Source of the DNA: Syntrophobacteria bacterium
Lineage (GTDB): Bacteria; Desulfobacterota; Syntrophobacteria; BM002
Direction of reading: 5' to 3'
Assembly: GCA_041560295.1 (NCBI GenBank)
Contig: JBFFBS010000003.1
Coordinates: 1-45,989 of the forward strand
DNA: 45,989 nucleotides
Shown here: in pieces, positions 1 through 10,342 of the stretch
Position numbering within the stretch: position 1 is the stretch's first letter
How the letters are laid out: every line of letters begins with the position of its first letter
Translations under genes and position numbers: made by a program
The notes under the pieces: model-generated
Databases searched by the model: none
Seen by the model: only the letters and a program-made list of their open reading frames with translations
Told to the model about the DNA's origin: nothing

Positions 1-1
1 C

Positions 2-274
2 CAGGTTCTGGTTACCCCGGTGGCACCAACAGCGGCATTCCCTTTAGGGGCGAAGGTGGACAATCCTTTGCAAATGTACCTCTCGGATGTCTTCACCCTA
101 CCAGCCAGCTTGGCTGGCATTCCAGGTATTTCCATTCCGTGTGGCTTCACCAGTGAGGGGTTGCCCATTGGCTTGCAGATACTGGCGCCTCATTTTGAGG
201 AGAAGTTAGCGCTGCAGGTGGCTTACAATTTCGAGCAGAATACTGACTTTCACTTGAGACGACCGGAACTATAA
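2..274 (+). CDS. gatA: Asp/Glu-tRNA amidotransferase subunit A, C-terminal part (5' truncated by window edge)
   Basis: Frame open from base 2 ([10 protein letters not shown]...). [24 protein letters not shown] and GLPIGLQI are typical of the GatA C-terminus. Confidence 0.9.
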   Translation, partial: QVLVTPVAPTAAFPLGAKVDNPLQMYLSDVFTLPASLAGIPGISIPCGFTSEGLPIGLQILAPHFEEKLALQVAYNFEQNTDFHLRRPEL

Positions 275-354
275 CATCCGGCGCTCACAGCCCTAGATTA
301 TTTCATTAAGTACGATGAAGATCTTGAGGTAAATGCCTGGATCCCAAGGCAACT

Positions 355-503
355 AAATCCGAATATCGAATAGCGAAATCCGAAACTAATTCAAAATCCG
401 AATTTCCAAATGTTCAAAACAAATACTAAAGGACAATTGTGGAGCTCTTTTTGTTTTGGGCATTCGGATTTGTTTCGTGCTTCGTGCTTCGGATTTCGAG
501 TTT
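355..503. repeat. Heptamer-terminated inverted-repeat element, copy 1
   Basis: Left arm AAATCCG AATATCG AATAGCG AAATCCG AAAC; right arm GTTT CGTGCTT CGTGCTT CGGATTT CGAGTTT. Core CGAATTTCCAAATGTTCAAAACAAA is nearly identical at ~42184-42208. Confidence 0.8.
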
Positions 504-590
504 GTAGCTTGCGCTTGGAATTCTTGGTTTCGGACTCATTGCTTGCGGTGAGCAGCTGAGCAAAATACCCTGCTGGCTGCCTGCTGATCA

Positions 591-1871
591 CTATTCCTCC
601 TCCTTAAAATACCCTTTCGGTATCACCACAATACCTCTGGGAGTTACGGTGAAACGTTTTCGATCCTCGCTCGGGTTGTAGCCAATCGTGGTCTTAGGGG
701 GGATAATATTGTGTTTGTCGATGATTGCCTTTTTGATCTTACAGTGTCGCCCGACCACCACTCTATCCATAATAACTGACTCGTCCACCTGCGCCCAACT
801 CCGTACTATCGCGTTGGGAGACAGTACAGAGTTTCGTACGATACCACTCACGATACAGCCAGGAGCGACCAGAGAATCAAGGGCTTTGCCAACCCGAAAA
901 CCGTCAGACCGTTCAGTAGCAAAAACGAACTTGGCGGGTGGGGCGGCGGTCTGGTAGGTGTGAAGAGGCCACCGCTGTCCGTAAAGATTGAAATAGGGCT
1001 CCACTCCAGTGAGGTCCATGTTGGCGTTCCAGTAGGCATCCAAGTCTCCCACATCGCGCCAGTAGGCAGAATCCCGGGTATGGGGTTCCAATCGTAATTG
1101 CCGTTCACCATCAGGCAAGGTCACGTAAATATAGTCCTCTATCTTATTCTGCTGTCGGTAGGGATAGGCAAAGATCCGGTGGGAGTTCAGGAGAGGAGGA
1201 ATGATGTCGCGGCCGAAGTCAACTTCATTTCCTGAGGTGAGCACTTCCATGAGAGTCTCCGTCCGAAAAAGATAAATTCCCATTGAGGCCAACACGTGGC
1301 TGGAGTCTCCCGGTATAGTTTTGGGCGCCTCTTTGGGTTTTTCCTGAAAGCCAAGAATGCGAAATTCTTCGTCCACTTCGGCCACACCGAATTGATGTGC
1401 CAGTTCTGTTCCCACCTCGAGGAGCGAGATGGTAACATCCGCCTCTCTCTCCTGGTGGTAGCTGGCAAACAGGCTATAGTCCATTTTGTAAATGTGGTCA
1501 CCTGAAAGGATCAAGACGTGGCTTGGCCGGTAACGCTCAATAAGATAGAGGTTTTGGCGAATGGAATCGGCGGTACCTCGATACCAGTCAAGCCCTATTC
1601 GCTGCTGAGGCGGGACGATTCTTAAGAAATGACCCAACTTCTGATTAAAGATATTCCAGCCGTCTTCTAAATGGTCATGGAGAGACTGGGACTTATATTG
1701 GGGCAGAATAATGATTTTGTAGACCTGCGAATTGATGCAGTTACTCAAGGGCAGGTCGATAAGGCGATAGATGCCACCAAAAGGAACGGCGGGCTTCGTA
1801 CGGTCCTGGGTGAGAGGCATGAGCCTTTCGCCTCTACCACCAGCCATGACAAAGGCAAGAACATCTTTCAT
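591..1871 (-). CDS. glgC: Glucose-1-phosphate adenylyltransferase
   Basis: AGGRGERLMPLT, KPAVPFGG, GDHIYKMDY, YWRDVG motifs and a C-terminal beta-helix. Confidence 0.95.
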   Translation of the reverse strand: MKDVLAFVMAGGRGERLMPLTQDRTKPAVPFGGIYRLIDLPLSNCINSQVYKIIILPQYKSQSLHDHLEDGWNIFNQKLGHFLRIVPPQQRIGLDWYRGTADSIRQNLYLIERYRPSHVLILSGDHIYKMDYSLFASYHQEREADVTISLLEVGTELAHQFGVAEVDEEFRILGFQEKPKEAPKTIPGDSSHVLASMGIYLFRTETLMEVLTSGNEVDFGRDIIPPLLNSHRIFAYPYRQQNKIEDYIYVTLPDGERQLRLEPHTRDSAYWRDVGDLDAYWNANMDLTGVEPYFNLYGQRWPLHTYQTAAPPAKFVFATERSDGFRVGKALDSLVAPGCIVSGIVRNSVLSPNAIVRSWAQVDESVIMDRVVVGRHCKIKKAIIDKHNIIPPKTTIGYNPSEDRKRFTVTPRGIVVIPKGYFKEEE

Positions 1872-2035
1872 GATGCTATCCTGCTACTGTAGTGGTGAGT
1901 GGATGTGCTGCAACTTACCATATGGTCTCTGACGCTAGAAGAAATTTCAACCTAATCATTTTATCGTTCATTGTCTATGGAATTCTTACAAAGAATTGAT
2001 ACTGCATGGGGAAGGAATTGCGGATTTGGGAAGAA

Positions 2036-2145
2036 GAGATTGAGAGATTAAGGGATTGAGGAATTGAGGGATCAAAGATATTCGATGCAAAATGCTCAAT
2101 AACGATTTACCGTTTACTGCTGACACCTGAAACTTGAAACCCTGA
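2036..2145. repeat. Short tandem octamer and heptamer arrays
   Basis: GAGATTGA GAGATTAA GGGATTGA GGAATTGA GGGATCAA (2036-2075); CTGACAC CTGAAAC TTGAAAC (2120-2140). Confidence 0.6.
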
Positions 2146-2185
2146 GCTTTGGTGCTTAGGAGTGGGATGGAATGGAGAACTTGAT

Positions 2186-3244
2186 TCAGAAAAGGGCGGC
2201 TACGAACTGTTCAGGGTCAAACTCCTTGAGATCATCCAAACCCTCCCCCAAGCCGATGAAGCGAATGGGGATTTGAAATTCCTGGCAGGCACCCACAACG
2301 ATGCCACCTTTGGCCGTACCATCCAGTTTGGTGAGCACCAGCCCCGTGACCGTCAATTCCTGGTGGAAAAGATGCGTTTGCGAGATTGCATTTTGTCCTG
2401 TGGTGGCATCAAGAATAAGCAGGACCTCATGGGGGGCGGTGTCCATCTGCTTTGCAATCACCCGCTTTACCTTTTTGAGTTCCTCCATGAGATTTACCTT
2501 GGTGTGGAGACGACCTGCTGTGTCTATTAACACCACGTCCACATCTCGAGCCTGAGCCGCAGCCATGGCATCATAGACCACGGCCGCCGGGTCAGCACCA
2601 CTGCTTTGCTTGACCAACTCGACTTCCACACGTTCAGCCCAGTTTGACAGCTGTTCTGTGGCCGCAGCCCGAAAGGTGTCGGCAGCAACCAGCATCACCC
2701 TCAAGCCCGCCTGTTTGTAGCGGAACGCCAGCTTGGCAAGAGTTGTGGTTTTGCCCACACCATTGACGCCAACAGCCATGATTACAAATGGCTTGTGACC
2801 AGTAACATCTAGGGCTGAGACCTCAACCTTTAGAAAACGGCGGATTTCGTCTTTCAGGTGGATGCGCAAACGATCAGCATCCGTAAGCTCCCGGCGATGA
2901 AGCTTCTCTTCCATTGAAGTAATCAGTCTCTGCGTGGTAGCAACCCCGAGGTCTGAGGAGATCAACACTTCTTCCAATTCCTCTAAAACATCGTGGTCAA
3001 TTTCTTTCTTGCCAAGAACCAACCGGTCGATTTGTCCTGCCAGTGTCTTCCTGGTCTTCTGTAACCGCGAGCGCATATAGGTGAAAATTCCGGAAGTTGT
3101 GTCCGAGTCAGGCTCGATCTCATTTTCATCCGAAGGATTTCCAGTTTCGGGAGGGGATTTTTCTGGCTGGGAAGATTCAGTTGTATTCTCCCCCGCACGC
3201 TCGGTTGAATCGTCTTCCTGTTTGCGTCTAAACCATCTGGCCAT
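2186..3244 (-). CDS. ftsY: Signal recognition particle receptor FtsY
   Basis: GVNGVGKTTT, DTFRAAA, DTAGR, TKLDGTAKGG motifs; acidic N-terminus. Confidence 0.97.
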   Translation of the reverse strand: MARWFRRKQEDDSTERAGENTTESSQPEKSPPETGNPSDENEIEPDSDTTSGIFTYMRSRLQKTRKTLAGQIDRLVLGKKEIDHDVLEELEEVLISSDLGVATTQRLITSMEEKLHRRELTDADRLRIHLKDEIRRFLKVEVSALDVTGHKPFVIMAVGVNGVGKTTTLAKLAFRYKQAGLRVMLVAADTFRAAATEQLSNWAERVEVELVKQSSGADPAAVVYDAMAAAQARDVDVVLIDTAGRLHTKVNLMEELKKVKRVIAKQMDTAPHEVLLILDATTGQNAISQTHLFHQELTVTGLVLTKLDGTAKGGIVVGACQEFQIPIRFIGLGEGLDDLKEFDPEQFVAALF

Positions 3245-6200
3245 GGGTTTCAGGGATACCTTGAAAGTTGACAGAGATGATCTTTGAAATGCCGGGCTCT
3301 TCCATGGTCACTCCCAGAAGAATATCTGAGATTTCCATGGTTCTCTTGTTGTGGGTGACCATAATGATTTGCGAATCTTGGCTGATTCTCTTGAGCACCT
3401 CAATGAAGCGATCAATATTAGCGTCGTCCAGCGGCGCGTCCACTTCATCTAAGATGCAAAATGGACTTGGTTTTATCATGTAAAGCGAAAAAAGGAGTGC
3501 AGCAGCAGCCAGGGCCTTTTCACCGCCTGAGAGGAGACTCATACTGGTCAGCTTTTTGCCAGGGGGATGGACAAAGATTTCTACACCGGCCTCCAACGGG
3601 TCGCGGTCGGCCATTAACTGCAAATGGCCGCTGCCTCCGTTGAAGAGCAAAGGAAAGACCTCTCCAAGTTTGCGATTTACCGCTTCGAGGGTTTGGAGAA
3701 ACCGCTTCCGAGTTGTGCGATTGATTCGAGATATTGCCTTTTTCAAGCCTTCCAGTGATTGTACGAGATCATCCCTTTGAGCAGTGAGGAAGTCATGGCG
3801 TTGTTGCTGTTCTTCGTATTCCTCTATGGCTGTCAGGTTCACTTCACCAATGCGAGCCACTCGATCGCGAAGCCGCTGCAGTTTAGCTTCCGACTTTTCC
3901 GGATCCAGGACCTCTTCTTCCGAAGCAGGCAAATCCTCCATGGTGAGGTCCAGATGGTAGTGCTCCTGAATCTGGTGTACGAGATATTGGATCTTCAGGT
4001 TGAGTTCGGTGAGTTCTTGGTGGCGACTCTGAATCTCTTGCTCCTGTTCTTTGTCCTGTTTGATCAGCTGCAGTCTGCGGGATTCAAAATTTTGCTGCTT
4101 TCCTTCAAACTCACGCCAGTGGTCCTCCTCAACTTTGAGTCGGCCTTCTCGCTCCAGCAACTGCTTGTGCGCTTGCTCTAGTCTCTCTTGGGTTTGTTGT
4201 TGTTCCTCGGTAAGCTGATGTATTTGATGCTGGCAATTTTCTTTTTCTTCCAGAAGCTGTTGAAATCGCCGATCGCCTTCAGCACTATACTCTTTCAGCC
4301 TCTGGTAACTCGAGTGGGCTGCCTCTTTTTTCTCTACAAGCGCACCAACCGATACCTGTTGGGCCGTGGCTTTTTCCTGTAGGCTGTCCACTATGTCTTC
4401 CTGTTCCTGTCGCCGGTGTTGCGCTTCTGCTAAGTCCTCCTCCGCTTCCACTTTTCGCTTTTCCAGGGCCTCAAGTTCTCGCTCGCTTTGGCTGAGTTCA
4501 GTCTGGAGCTGAGAGACCTCTTCTTTATCGTGGTCTTTTTCTATATCCAGCACGGCCAGCCGCTCGATGATTCCCCGGTGTTCGGCCTGCAAGCGGTAGA
4601 GCTCTTTTTCTTGTTCTAAAAGCTGATCTCGCAGTCTCTGTTGGTTCTCCTGAATTGACTGGAGTCGTGAGGCAATGTGGACAAGCTGTTCCTCTACTTT
4701 CCGGGATTTGGCCCGCTCTGTTTTCAACCTTTTTTCTGAGACGGCAATCTCGGCCTCAAGATCCTTCCTCTCCTCCTGCTTTTCCAAGATACTTATCTGT
4801 TGCTCCTGGCTTCCTCCCCATAGTGTGCCGTCCTGGGCGATCAGGTCCCCTTCGGCCGTTACCAAGATGTAGGCATTGGGGTGCGACTGCCACCAGGATA
4901 AAGCCTGCTCCAGGTCGGAGCAAAACAGTACCTGGGACAACAGATGATTGATAACCGATTCGTAGCCCTGGCGCGGCTTGACCAAGCGTGCCAGCGGAAC
5001 TGGACCATCACCGTCGGCCTTTAACTCCGGTGCCTCATTAGTGACAGATAGCGGTACAAAATAGTTCCGGCCTGTTTTTGTGCGTTTGAGGTGTTGCAAA
5101 GCAGTGCGGGCATCACTGACTGAATCCACCACCAATGCCTGCAGTCGGCCGCCGAGAACTGCCTCAACCGCCTGGCGATGGCTGACATCTACTTCCAACA
5201 TTTCTGCCACTGCGCCCTGGATGTTACAGTGAAGTTCCTTCTCATCCCTGGCGTTCATAAGCTCCCTGACCGCATCGTTAAACCAGGCGTAGGATTCCTC
5301 CATCTCCAGGAGTATCTTCAATTGGGACTGTTGCTGGTGGTAGGTGCTTTCCAAAGCGGTAATTGTCTCGGTGTGCCTCTCTCGATCCTGTTCAAGCTTT
5401 TGTTGCTGCTGCTTGAGAGAATTAACTTCGCCAGAAAGTTTCTCGAATTCTCCCTCAATACCACTTTTTTTCTTTTCCAGACTCTCAATTTGGGGCTGCA
5501 AGTGTTCGTGCTTTTCCTTGAGTTCCTGGTATTCGGATTCTTGGCGACTTTGGCGGCGGCCAAAATCTTCCAGCCTTTTGCGCATGGACAGTTGATCATT
5601 GCGCGCCCGCGCTAGTTCCCCCAACAGGTCAACCAGATCACCTTTTCCCTCATCCAGTTGATCGGTCAACTGAATGAGACCTGCCTTCTCTCGGTCCAAC
5701 TCAGCGTTCAGTTGGCCGACCAGTACTTCAGCCTGTGAGCATTCCTCTGCTAATTCTCGTTGTTTTTCAGCCAACCGGTCTTTTTCCTGAGCAAGTTGCG
5801 TCTGCCGTTCCTCTTGCTCCAGGATCTCTTTTGCCAACCGTTGCTGTCTTTCCCCTAATTCTTTGGTTTGTCGTTGCAGGTGGAGGAGGCTGTTTTCATC
5901 ACTGGTGATTGAGTTTTTGACTTGAAACAGTGCCTCTCTGCGTTGTTGAAGACTCTCCTCGATTTCGTGCATTTGACTGGCACGTTCTGTCAGTTCAGCG
6001 TCCAATTTTCCCAATTGAGCCCCGCGCTCAGATTGGGAATCTTTGAGAGAGCGGAGGTCCCTGTCCAGAACTTCCATTTCCTTACGCCATTGGCCGTAAT
6101 GATGCAGGGCGCGGGAGATTTCAATCTGCTTAATTTCCTTCTTAAGGGACCGATAACGGTTTGCCCGCTGAGCCTGACGTTTGAGGCTCGAAAGCTGACG

Positions 6201-6806
6201 CGAAACTTCGGCGATGATGTCACCGAGGCGGAGAAGGTTCTGTTTTGTAAGTTCAATCTTGCGGAGGGCAGCCTTCTTCTTGATCTTAAACTTTGTTATC
6301 CCTGCAGCTTCCTCGATGAGAGCGCGGATGTCGTCTGGTTTGGACTCCACAACGTGGCTGATCTTGCCTTGCTCGATAATGGCATAGTGGCGATGTCCGA
6401 CTCCGACATCCATGAAAAGCTTGCTTATATCCATCCTACGGCAAGGGATTTTGTTGATGAGATATTCACTTTCTCCGGAGCGAAAAAGGCGACGGGTGAC
6501 CATTATTTCACTGAGGTCATGGTAGGGCGGAGGCGCTTTGCCATCCTCGTTGGAGAGCACGAGTGAGACCTCGGTAAAATTCAAAGATGGACGTCCATTG
6601 GCGCCGCCGAATATAACTTCCTCCATTAATTTGCCCCGGAGCTGTTTGGCGCTCTGTTCGCCCAGCACCCAGCGAATGGCGTCAACAATGTTGCTCTTGC
6701 CGCAACCATTGGGTCCCACAACCGCACAGATCCCGGTGGAGAAACTAATGGTGGCTTTGTCGACAAACGACTTGAATCCGAAGAGTTCTAGCTGCTTAAC
6801 GTGCAT
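3228..6806 (-). CDS. smc: Chromosome segregation protein SMC
   Basis: GFKSF, GPNGCGKSN Walker A, long coiled coils with hinge, LSGGEK signature, ILDEVDAPLD; 1192 aa. Confidence 0.97.
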   Translation of the reverse strand: MHVKQLELFGFKSFVDKATISFSTGICAVVGPNGCGKSNIVDAIRWVLGEQSAKQLRGKLMEEVIFGGANGRPSLNFTEVSLVLSNEDGKAPPPYHDLSEIMVTRRLFRSGESEYLINKIPCRRMDISKLFMDVGVGHRHYAIIEQGKISHVVESKPDDIRALIEEAAGITKFKIKKKAALRKIELTKQNLLRLGDIIAEVSRQLSSLKRQAQRANRYRSLKKEIKQIEISRALHHYGQWRKEMEVLDRDLRSLKDSQSERGAQLGKLDAELTERASQMHEIEESLQQRREALFQVKNSITSDENSLLHLQRQTKELGERQQRLAKEILEQEERQTQLAQEKDRLAEKQRELAEECSQAEVLVGQLNAELDREKAGLIQLTDQLDEGKGDLVDLLGELARARNDQLSMRKRLEDFGRRQSRQESEYQELKEKHEHLQPQIESLEKKKSGIEGEFEKLSGEVNSLKQQQQKLEQDRERHTETITALESTYHQQQSQLKILLEMEESYAWFNDAVRELMNARDEKELHCNIQGAVAEMLEVDVSHRQAVEAVLGGRLQALVVDSVSDARTALQHLKRTKTGRNYFVPLSVTNEAPELKADGDGPVPLARLVKPRQGYESVINHLLSQVLFCSDLEQALSWWQSHPNAYILVTAEGDLIAQDGTLWGGSQEQQISILEKQEERKDLEAEIAVSEKRLKTERAKSRKVEEQLVHIASRLQSIQENQQRLRDQLLEQEKELYRLQAEHRGIIERLAVLDIEKDHDKEEVSQLQTELSQSERELEALEKRKVEAEEDLAEAQHRRQEQEDIVDSLQEKATAQQVSVGALVEKKEAAHSSYQRLKEYSAEGDRRFQQLLEEKENCQHQIHQLTEEQQQTQERLEQAHKQLLEREGRLKVEEDHWREFEGKQQNFESRRLQLIKQDKEQEQEIQSRHQELTELNLKIQYLVHQIQEHYHLDLTMEDLPASEEEVLDPEKSEAKLQRLRDRVARIGEVNLTAIEEYEEQQQRHDFLTAQRDDLVQSLEGLKKAISRINRTTRKRFLQTLEAVNRKLGEVFPLLFNGGSGHLQLMADRDPLEAGVEIFVHPPGKKLTSMSLLSGGEKALAAAALLFSLYMIKPSPFCILDEVDAPLDDANIDRFIEVLKRISQDSQIIMVTHNKRTMEISDILLGVTMEEPGISKIISVNFQGIPETHGQMV

Positions 6807-6926
6807 GGGGCTTCAGGGAAGAGGACAATTCCTCTGGTTTAAGGATTGTCCGGAGTGAAAATATGTCCAGGGGCATGTTTTCAGGTTTCATCTTGGTTTG
6901 GACCACCTCTCCAAAAAAATCACCGC

Positions 6927-6955
6927 ATGCTAACAAAAAGGCTTATCCTTGTAAA
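6927..6955 (-). promoter_or_regulatory. Putative sigma70 promoter for smc-ftsY
   Basis: Minus strand TTTACA-N17-TAGCAT with TG upstream of the -10 box. Confidence 0.5.
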
Positions 6956-6990
6956 GCGATTCTTCTTGCCTTTGCTTGATTCGACTTGGA

Positions 6991-7230
6991 GAGGCGAGGG
7001 CAGGGGGCAGGAGGCGAAGATCAGAGGTCAGAAAACAACCAAGCATTAAACACTAGGCACTATGCACTGAAAAGCAGGCAGGCGGCAGCAGGCAGCGGGC
7101 AGGAAAAAACTAGGCACTAGGCAAAAGTAACTGCGAGACGAGCGAGACGTGTTAAACTCAGTCAGATCTTTAGATTTGCCTTTATTCCCAACCTCTCGTC
7201 TCGCCCGACCTCCCTTCTCGCTTCCTTCGC
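6991..7230. repeat. Mosaic of short 7-/9-mer tandem arrays
   Basis: AAGCATT AAACACT AGGCACT ATGCACT (7041-7068); GGCAGCA-type runs; GCGAGACGA GCGAGACGT (7133-7150) with inverse TCGTCTCGC (~7196-7204). Confidence 0.65.
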
Positions 7231-9297
7231 TTACAAAACCAAGCGGGAAAAATCTGCCAGTTGCCGGAAAAGATTGGCGATTCGGGTTAGTAGGGCCAAC
7301 CGGTTTTGTCTCAGAGACACGTCCTTGTCAAGAACCATTACATCGTCGAAAAAGTGATCAATGGGACCTTTGAGCTCACTCAAGCGCTCCAAAACTCCGC
7401 CGTAGTCCCGCTCGGCCAGAACCTTTTCCAGTTCTTGCTCACAGGTTACCACTTCCTGATACAAATCCTTTTCTGCTTGATTAACGAACAGGTCAGGATC
7501 CACCTCACCATCCACCGGTTCTTTCAGAATATTGACCACCCGCTTCACTGTCCCCACGAGGGGTTCGAAAGTCTCGTTTTCTTTGAAGGCTTTGAGGGTG
7601 GAAATTTTCGCCGCGGTCTCCACCAGCGGATCCAGGTGGTAGGCCAGAACTGCTTCAACCACGTCTTGCGGCTGCCCTTGTCCTATAAGGAAATGCTGTA
7701 ACCTCACCCTGAAGAAATCAAGTACTCCTTGGTAGGTCTGCTCATCGGGTTCGGTGAGCTTTCCGTCTAGGCCACTGAGGGCCTTCTTAATGAGTTCCGA
7801 AAGGGAGAGGGAGAGGTCCTTTTCCAGTATGATACGAATGATTCCCAGAGCCTGGCGGCGCAGGGCGAAGGGATCAGCAGTGCCGGTTGGGATCTGACCA
7901 ACACCGAAGCATCCTACCACCGTGTCCAGTTTGTCACCTATGCTGACCAGAGCGCCACCCATGCCGGACGGCAGTTCACCGCCCGCATGGGTGGGCAGGT
8001 AGTGTTCGTAAATGGCCTCAGCCACTGCTTCATCTTCACTGGCAAGTCGAGCATAGGCCCGGCCCATAATTCCCTGCAACTCGGGGAATTCACCCACGGT
8101 GCCAGTCACTAGGTCGGCCTTGCACAAGAAGGCAGCCCGACTGACTGTGGTTTTGTCGTCCGGTGCTATCTGGTCGGCCATATATTCAGCCAGAGCCTTG
8201 AACCTTTCCAGCTTCTCGTAAGAAGTCCCGAGCTTGGAGTGGAAGACCACCTCCTTTAGCTCCTCAACCCTGTCATCAAGAGAAACCTTTTGATCCTCCA
8301 CATAGTAAAAACGGGCATCTTCTAGACGAGCCCGGAGCACGTACTCATTACCCTCGGCGACCACTTGAGGATCGCGGGTCAAGGTATTATTGACCGTAAC
8401 AAAATAGGGCATCATCTTGCCCGCATCGTCAAGCACCGCAAAGTAGCGCTGGTGAAAGCGCATGGCAGTGATGAGGACCTCCGGTGGCAGCTCCAGATAG
8501 TGCTGGTCGAAACTGCCACAGACCGCCGTGGGATACTCCGCCAGCTGGACCACCTCGTCCAAAAGATCCTCGTCCTCACGGATATTGCCCTTTTTCTCCT
8601 TGGCGCAAACAGCGACAATCTCCCGTATTCGCTCCCTCCGCTCCTCTATATCTACGATTACAAACCTTTCGCGCAGGGCCTCAACATAACCATTAATGTC
8701 ACTAACCTCGAATGGTCCAGGGCTCATAAAGCGATGCCCATAAGAGGTGTTACCACTTGTCACGTTGCCATACGTGAATGGGATCACTTCCTTACCCAAC
8801 AGGGCTACGATCCAGTGTATCGGTCGGGCAAAGGTTACTTTCAAGTCACCCCAGCGCATGGACTTGGGGAAGGGTATGTCGCCGATCAGATCCGGAAACA
8901 CTCCTGCCAAAAGCTCGACAGTAGAGACTCCAGACTCCTGGCGGCTAACAACCACGTACTCACCTTTACCGGTCTCCTTCACCTGGAGTTCTTCAGGGCT
9001 CACCCCCTGAGATTTAGCAAAACCGAGAGCGGCCTGGGTGGGGTTTCCTGCCTCGTCAAAGGCGACCTCTTTGGGAGGCCCAGTAATCTCAACAGTTTGA
9101 GCTTTTTGTTCTTCGGTCACATCTTTGATCATCCAGACCAAACGTCTTGGTGTCGCCATTGTCCTGACGGCTCCGTGGTCCACCCGCCGTTCCGACAAAA
9201 ATTTGCCAATCATGGTAGCCATTGCATCCAGAGCTGGCTGGATATAGCTGGCTGGAATTTCCTCGGTACCGATCTCTAATAAAAAGTCGCTTGCCAT
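7231..9297 (-). CDS. glyS: Glycyl-tRNA synthetase beta subunit
   Basis: LLEIGTEEIP, TPRRL, PKSMRW, EFPELQG, DPFALRR. Start moved to ATG 9297 (MASDF) behind a GGGAGG RBS. Confidence 0.95.
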   Translation of the reverse strand: MASDFLLEIGTEEIPASYIQPALDAMATMIGKFLSERRVDHGAVRTMATPRRLVWMIKDVTEEQKAQTVEITGPPKEVAFDEAGNPTQAALGFAKSQGVSPEELQVKETGKGEYVVVSRQESGVSTVELLAGVFPDLIGDIPFPKSMRWGDLKVTFARPIHWIVALLGKEVIPFTYGNVTSGNTSYGHRFMSPGPFEVSDINGYVEALRERFVIVDIEERRERIREIVAVCAKEKKGNIREDEDLLDEVVQLAEYPTAVCGSFDQHYLELPPEVLITAMRFHQRYFAVLDDAGKMMPYFVTVNNTLTRDPQVVAEGNEYVLRARLEDARFYYVEDQKVSLDDRVEELKEVVFHSKLGTSYEKLERFKALAEYMADQIAPDDKTTVSRAAFLCKADLVTGTVGEFPELQGIMGRAYARLASEDEAVAEAIYEHYLPTHAGGELPSGMGGALVSIGDKLDTVVGCFGVGQIPTGTADPFALRRQALGIIRIILEKDLSLSLSELIKKALSGLDGKLTEPDEQTYQGVLDFFRVRLQHFLIGQGQPQDVVEAVLAYHLDPLVETAAKISTLKAFKENETFEPLVGTVKRVVNILKEPVDGEVDPDLFVNQAEKDLYQEVVTCEQELEKVLAERDYGGVLERLSELKGPIDHFFDDVMVLDKDVSLRQNRLALLTRIANLFRQLADFSRLVL

Positions 9298-9356
9298 ACA
9301 TTCCCTCCCAAACCCAGTTCGCGGCAGTAGTCTCTCACGAGCGGGGATACAGGTAT

Positions 9357-10235
9357 TTACTTTTTCCACCGATTGAGCAGGGGATAACCCATCTCTTTGC
9401 GCTGCTCCAGGTAACCCTGGGCTGCAAGTCGAGCCAGGTTCCTTACCCTGCCTATATAATTAGTACGTTCGGCCACACTAATGGCTCCTCGGGCATCCAA
9501 CAAATTAAATGTGTGTGAACACTTCAGACAATAATCATAGGTTGGCAGCACCAACTTACGTTCATTCATCTTGACGGCCTCAGCCTCGTACATCTGGAAG
9601 AGCTTGAAGAGCATGTCCACATCTGCTTCATCGAAGTTGTAGTAGGAAAATTCCACTTCCCATTTGTGGTGGACATCTCCATAGGTAATCTCATCGTTCC
9701 ATTTCAGGTCAAAGAGGTTGGCAACTCCCTGGAGGTACATGGCAATCCGTTCCAGGCCGTAGGTGAGTTCACCCGAGATTGGATCCAGCGGCATACCTCC
9801 GGCGGTCTGAAAGTAAGTGAACTGGGTGATTTCCATGCCATCCAGCCAGACCTCCCAACCCAGCCCTGAAGCTCCCAGAGTGGGCGACTCCCAGTCATCC
9901 TCTACAAAGCGAATGTCGTGGTCCAAAGGATCTATGCCGAAACTCTTGAGGCTATCCAAGTACAACTCTTGCAGATCCATGGGTGAAGGTTTGAGGATTA
10001 CCTGATACTGATAGTAATGCTGAAGGCGGTTGGGATTTTCACCGTAGCGCCCATCGGTGGGCCGGCGAGAGGGTTCAACATAGGCGACATTGTAAGGTTC
10101 GGGACCAAGGCATCTAAGCAAGGTGGCGGGGTTGAAAGTGCCGGCGCCCACTTCGATATCATAGGGCTGTTGAATAATACAACCGTAATCGTGCCAATAT
10201 TTCTCAATAGCCAGAATCAATTCCTGAAATGTCAT
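9357..10235 (-). CDS. glyQ: Glycyl-tRNA synthetase alpha subunit
   Basis: [38 protein letters not shown]. Confidence 0.97.
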   Translation of the reverse strand: MTFQELILAIEKYWHDYGCIIQQPYDIEVGAGTFNPATLLRCLGPEPYNVAYVEPSRRPTDGRYGENPNRLQHYYQYQVILKPSPMDLQELYLDSLKSFGIDPLDHDIRFVEDDWESPTLGASGLGWEVWLDGMEITQFTYFQTAGGMPLDPISGELTYGLERIAMYLQGVANLFDLKWNDEITYGDVHHKWEVEFSYYNFDEADVDMLFKLFQMYEAEAVKMNERKLVLPTYDYCLKCSHTFNLLDARGAISVAERTNYIGRVRNLARLAAQGYLEQRKEMGYPLLNRWKK

Positions 10236-10280
10236 GGGAGACTCCTTAGAGATGAGGATGCTGGTATGGGTTAAAGAGCT

Positions 10281-10309
10281 AAATTACCTTGCTGCCGGTT
10301 GTCTGTCAA
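10281..10309 (-). promoter_or_regulatory. Putative sigma70 promoter for glyQS
   Basis: Minus strand TTGACA-N17-TAATTT. Confidence 0.6.
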
Positions 10310-10342
10310 GCCCATTATCCAGAGGATCTGCGGCTCTAGCTC

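Noticed and set aside
588-593. Genome-wide TAG recoding, suggested by tandem TAG TGA after glgC and the mfd TAG
   Set aside because: rpsI, asnS, truA, hemC and pilB end in TAG at their expected C-termini.
8365-9279. Long antisense ORFs (8365..9279, 5922..6566, 31602..32237, 32738..33388)
   Set aside because: Shadows of well-supported genes on the opposite strand, with no recognisable motifs.
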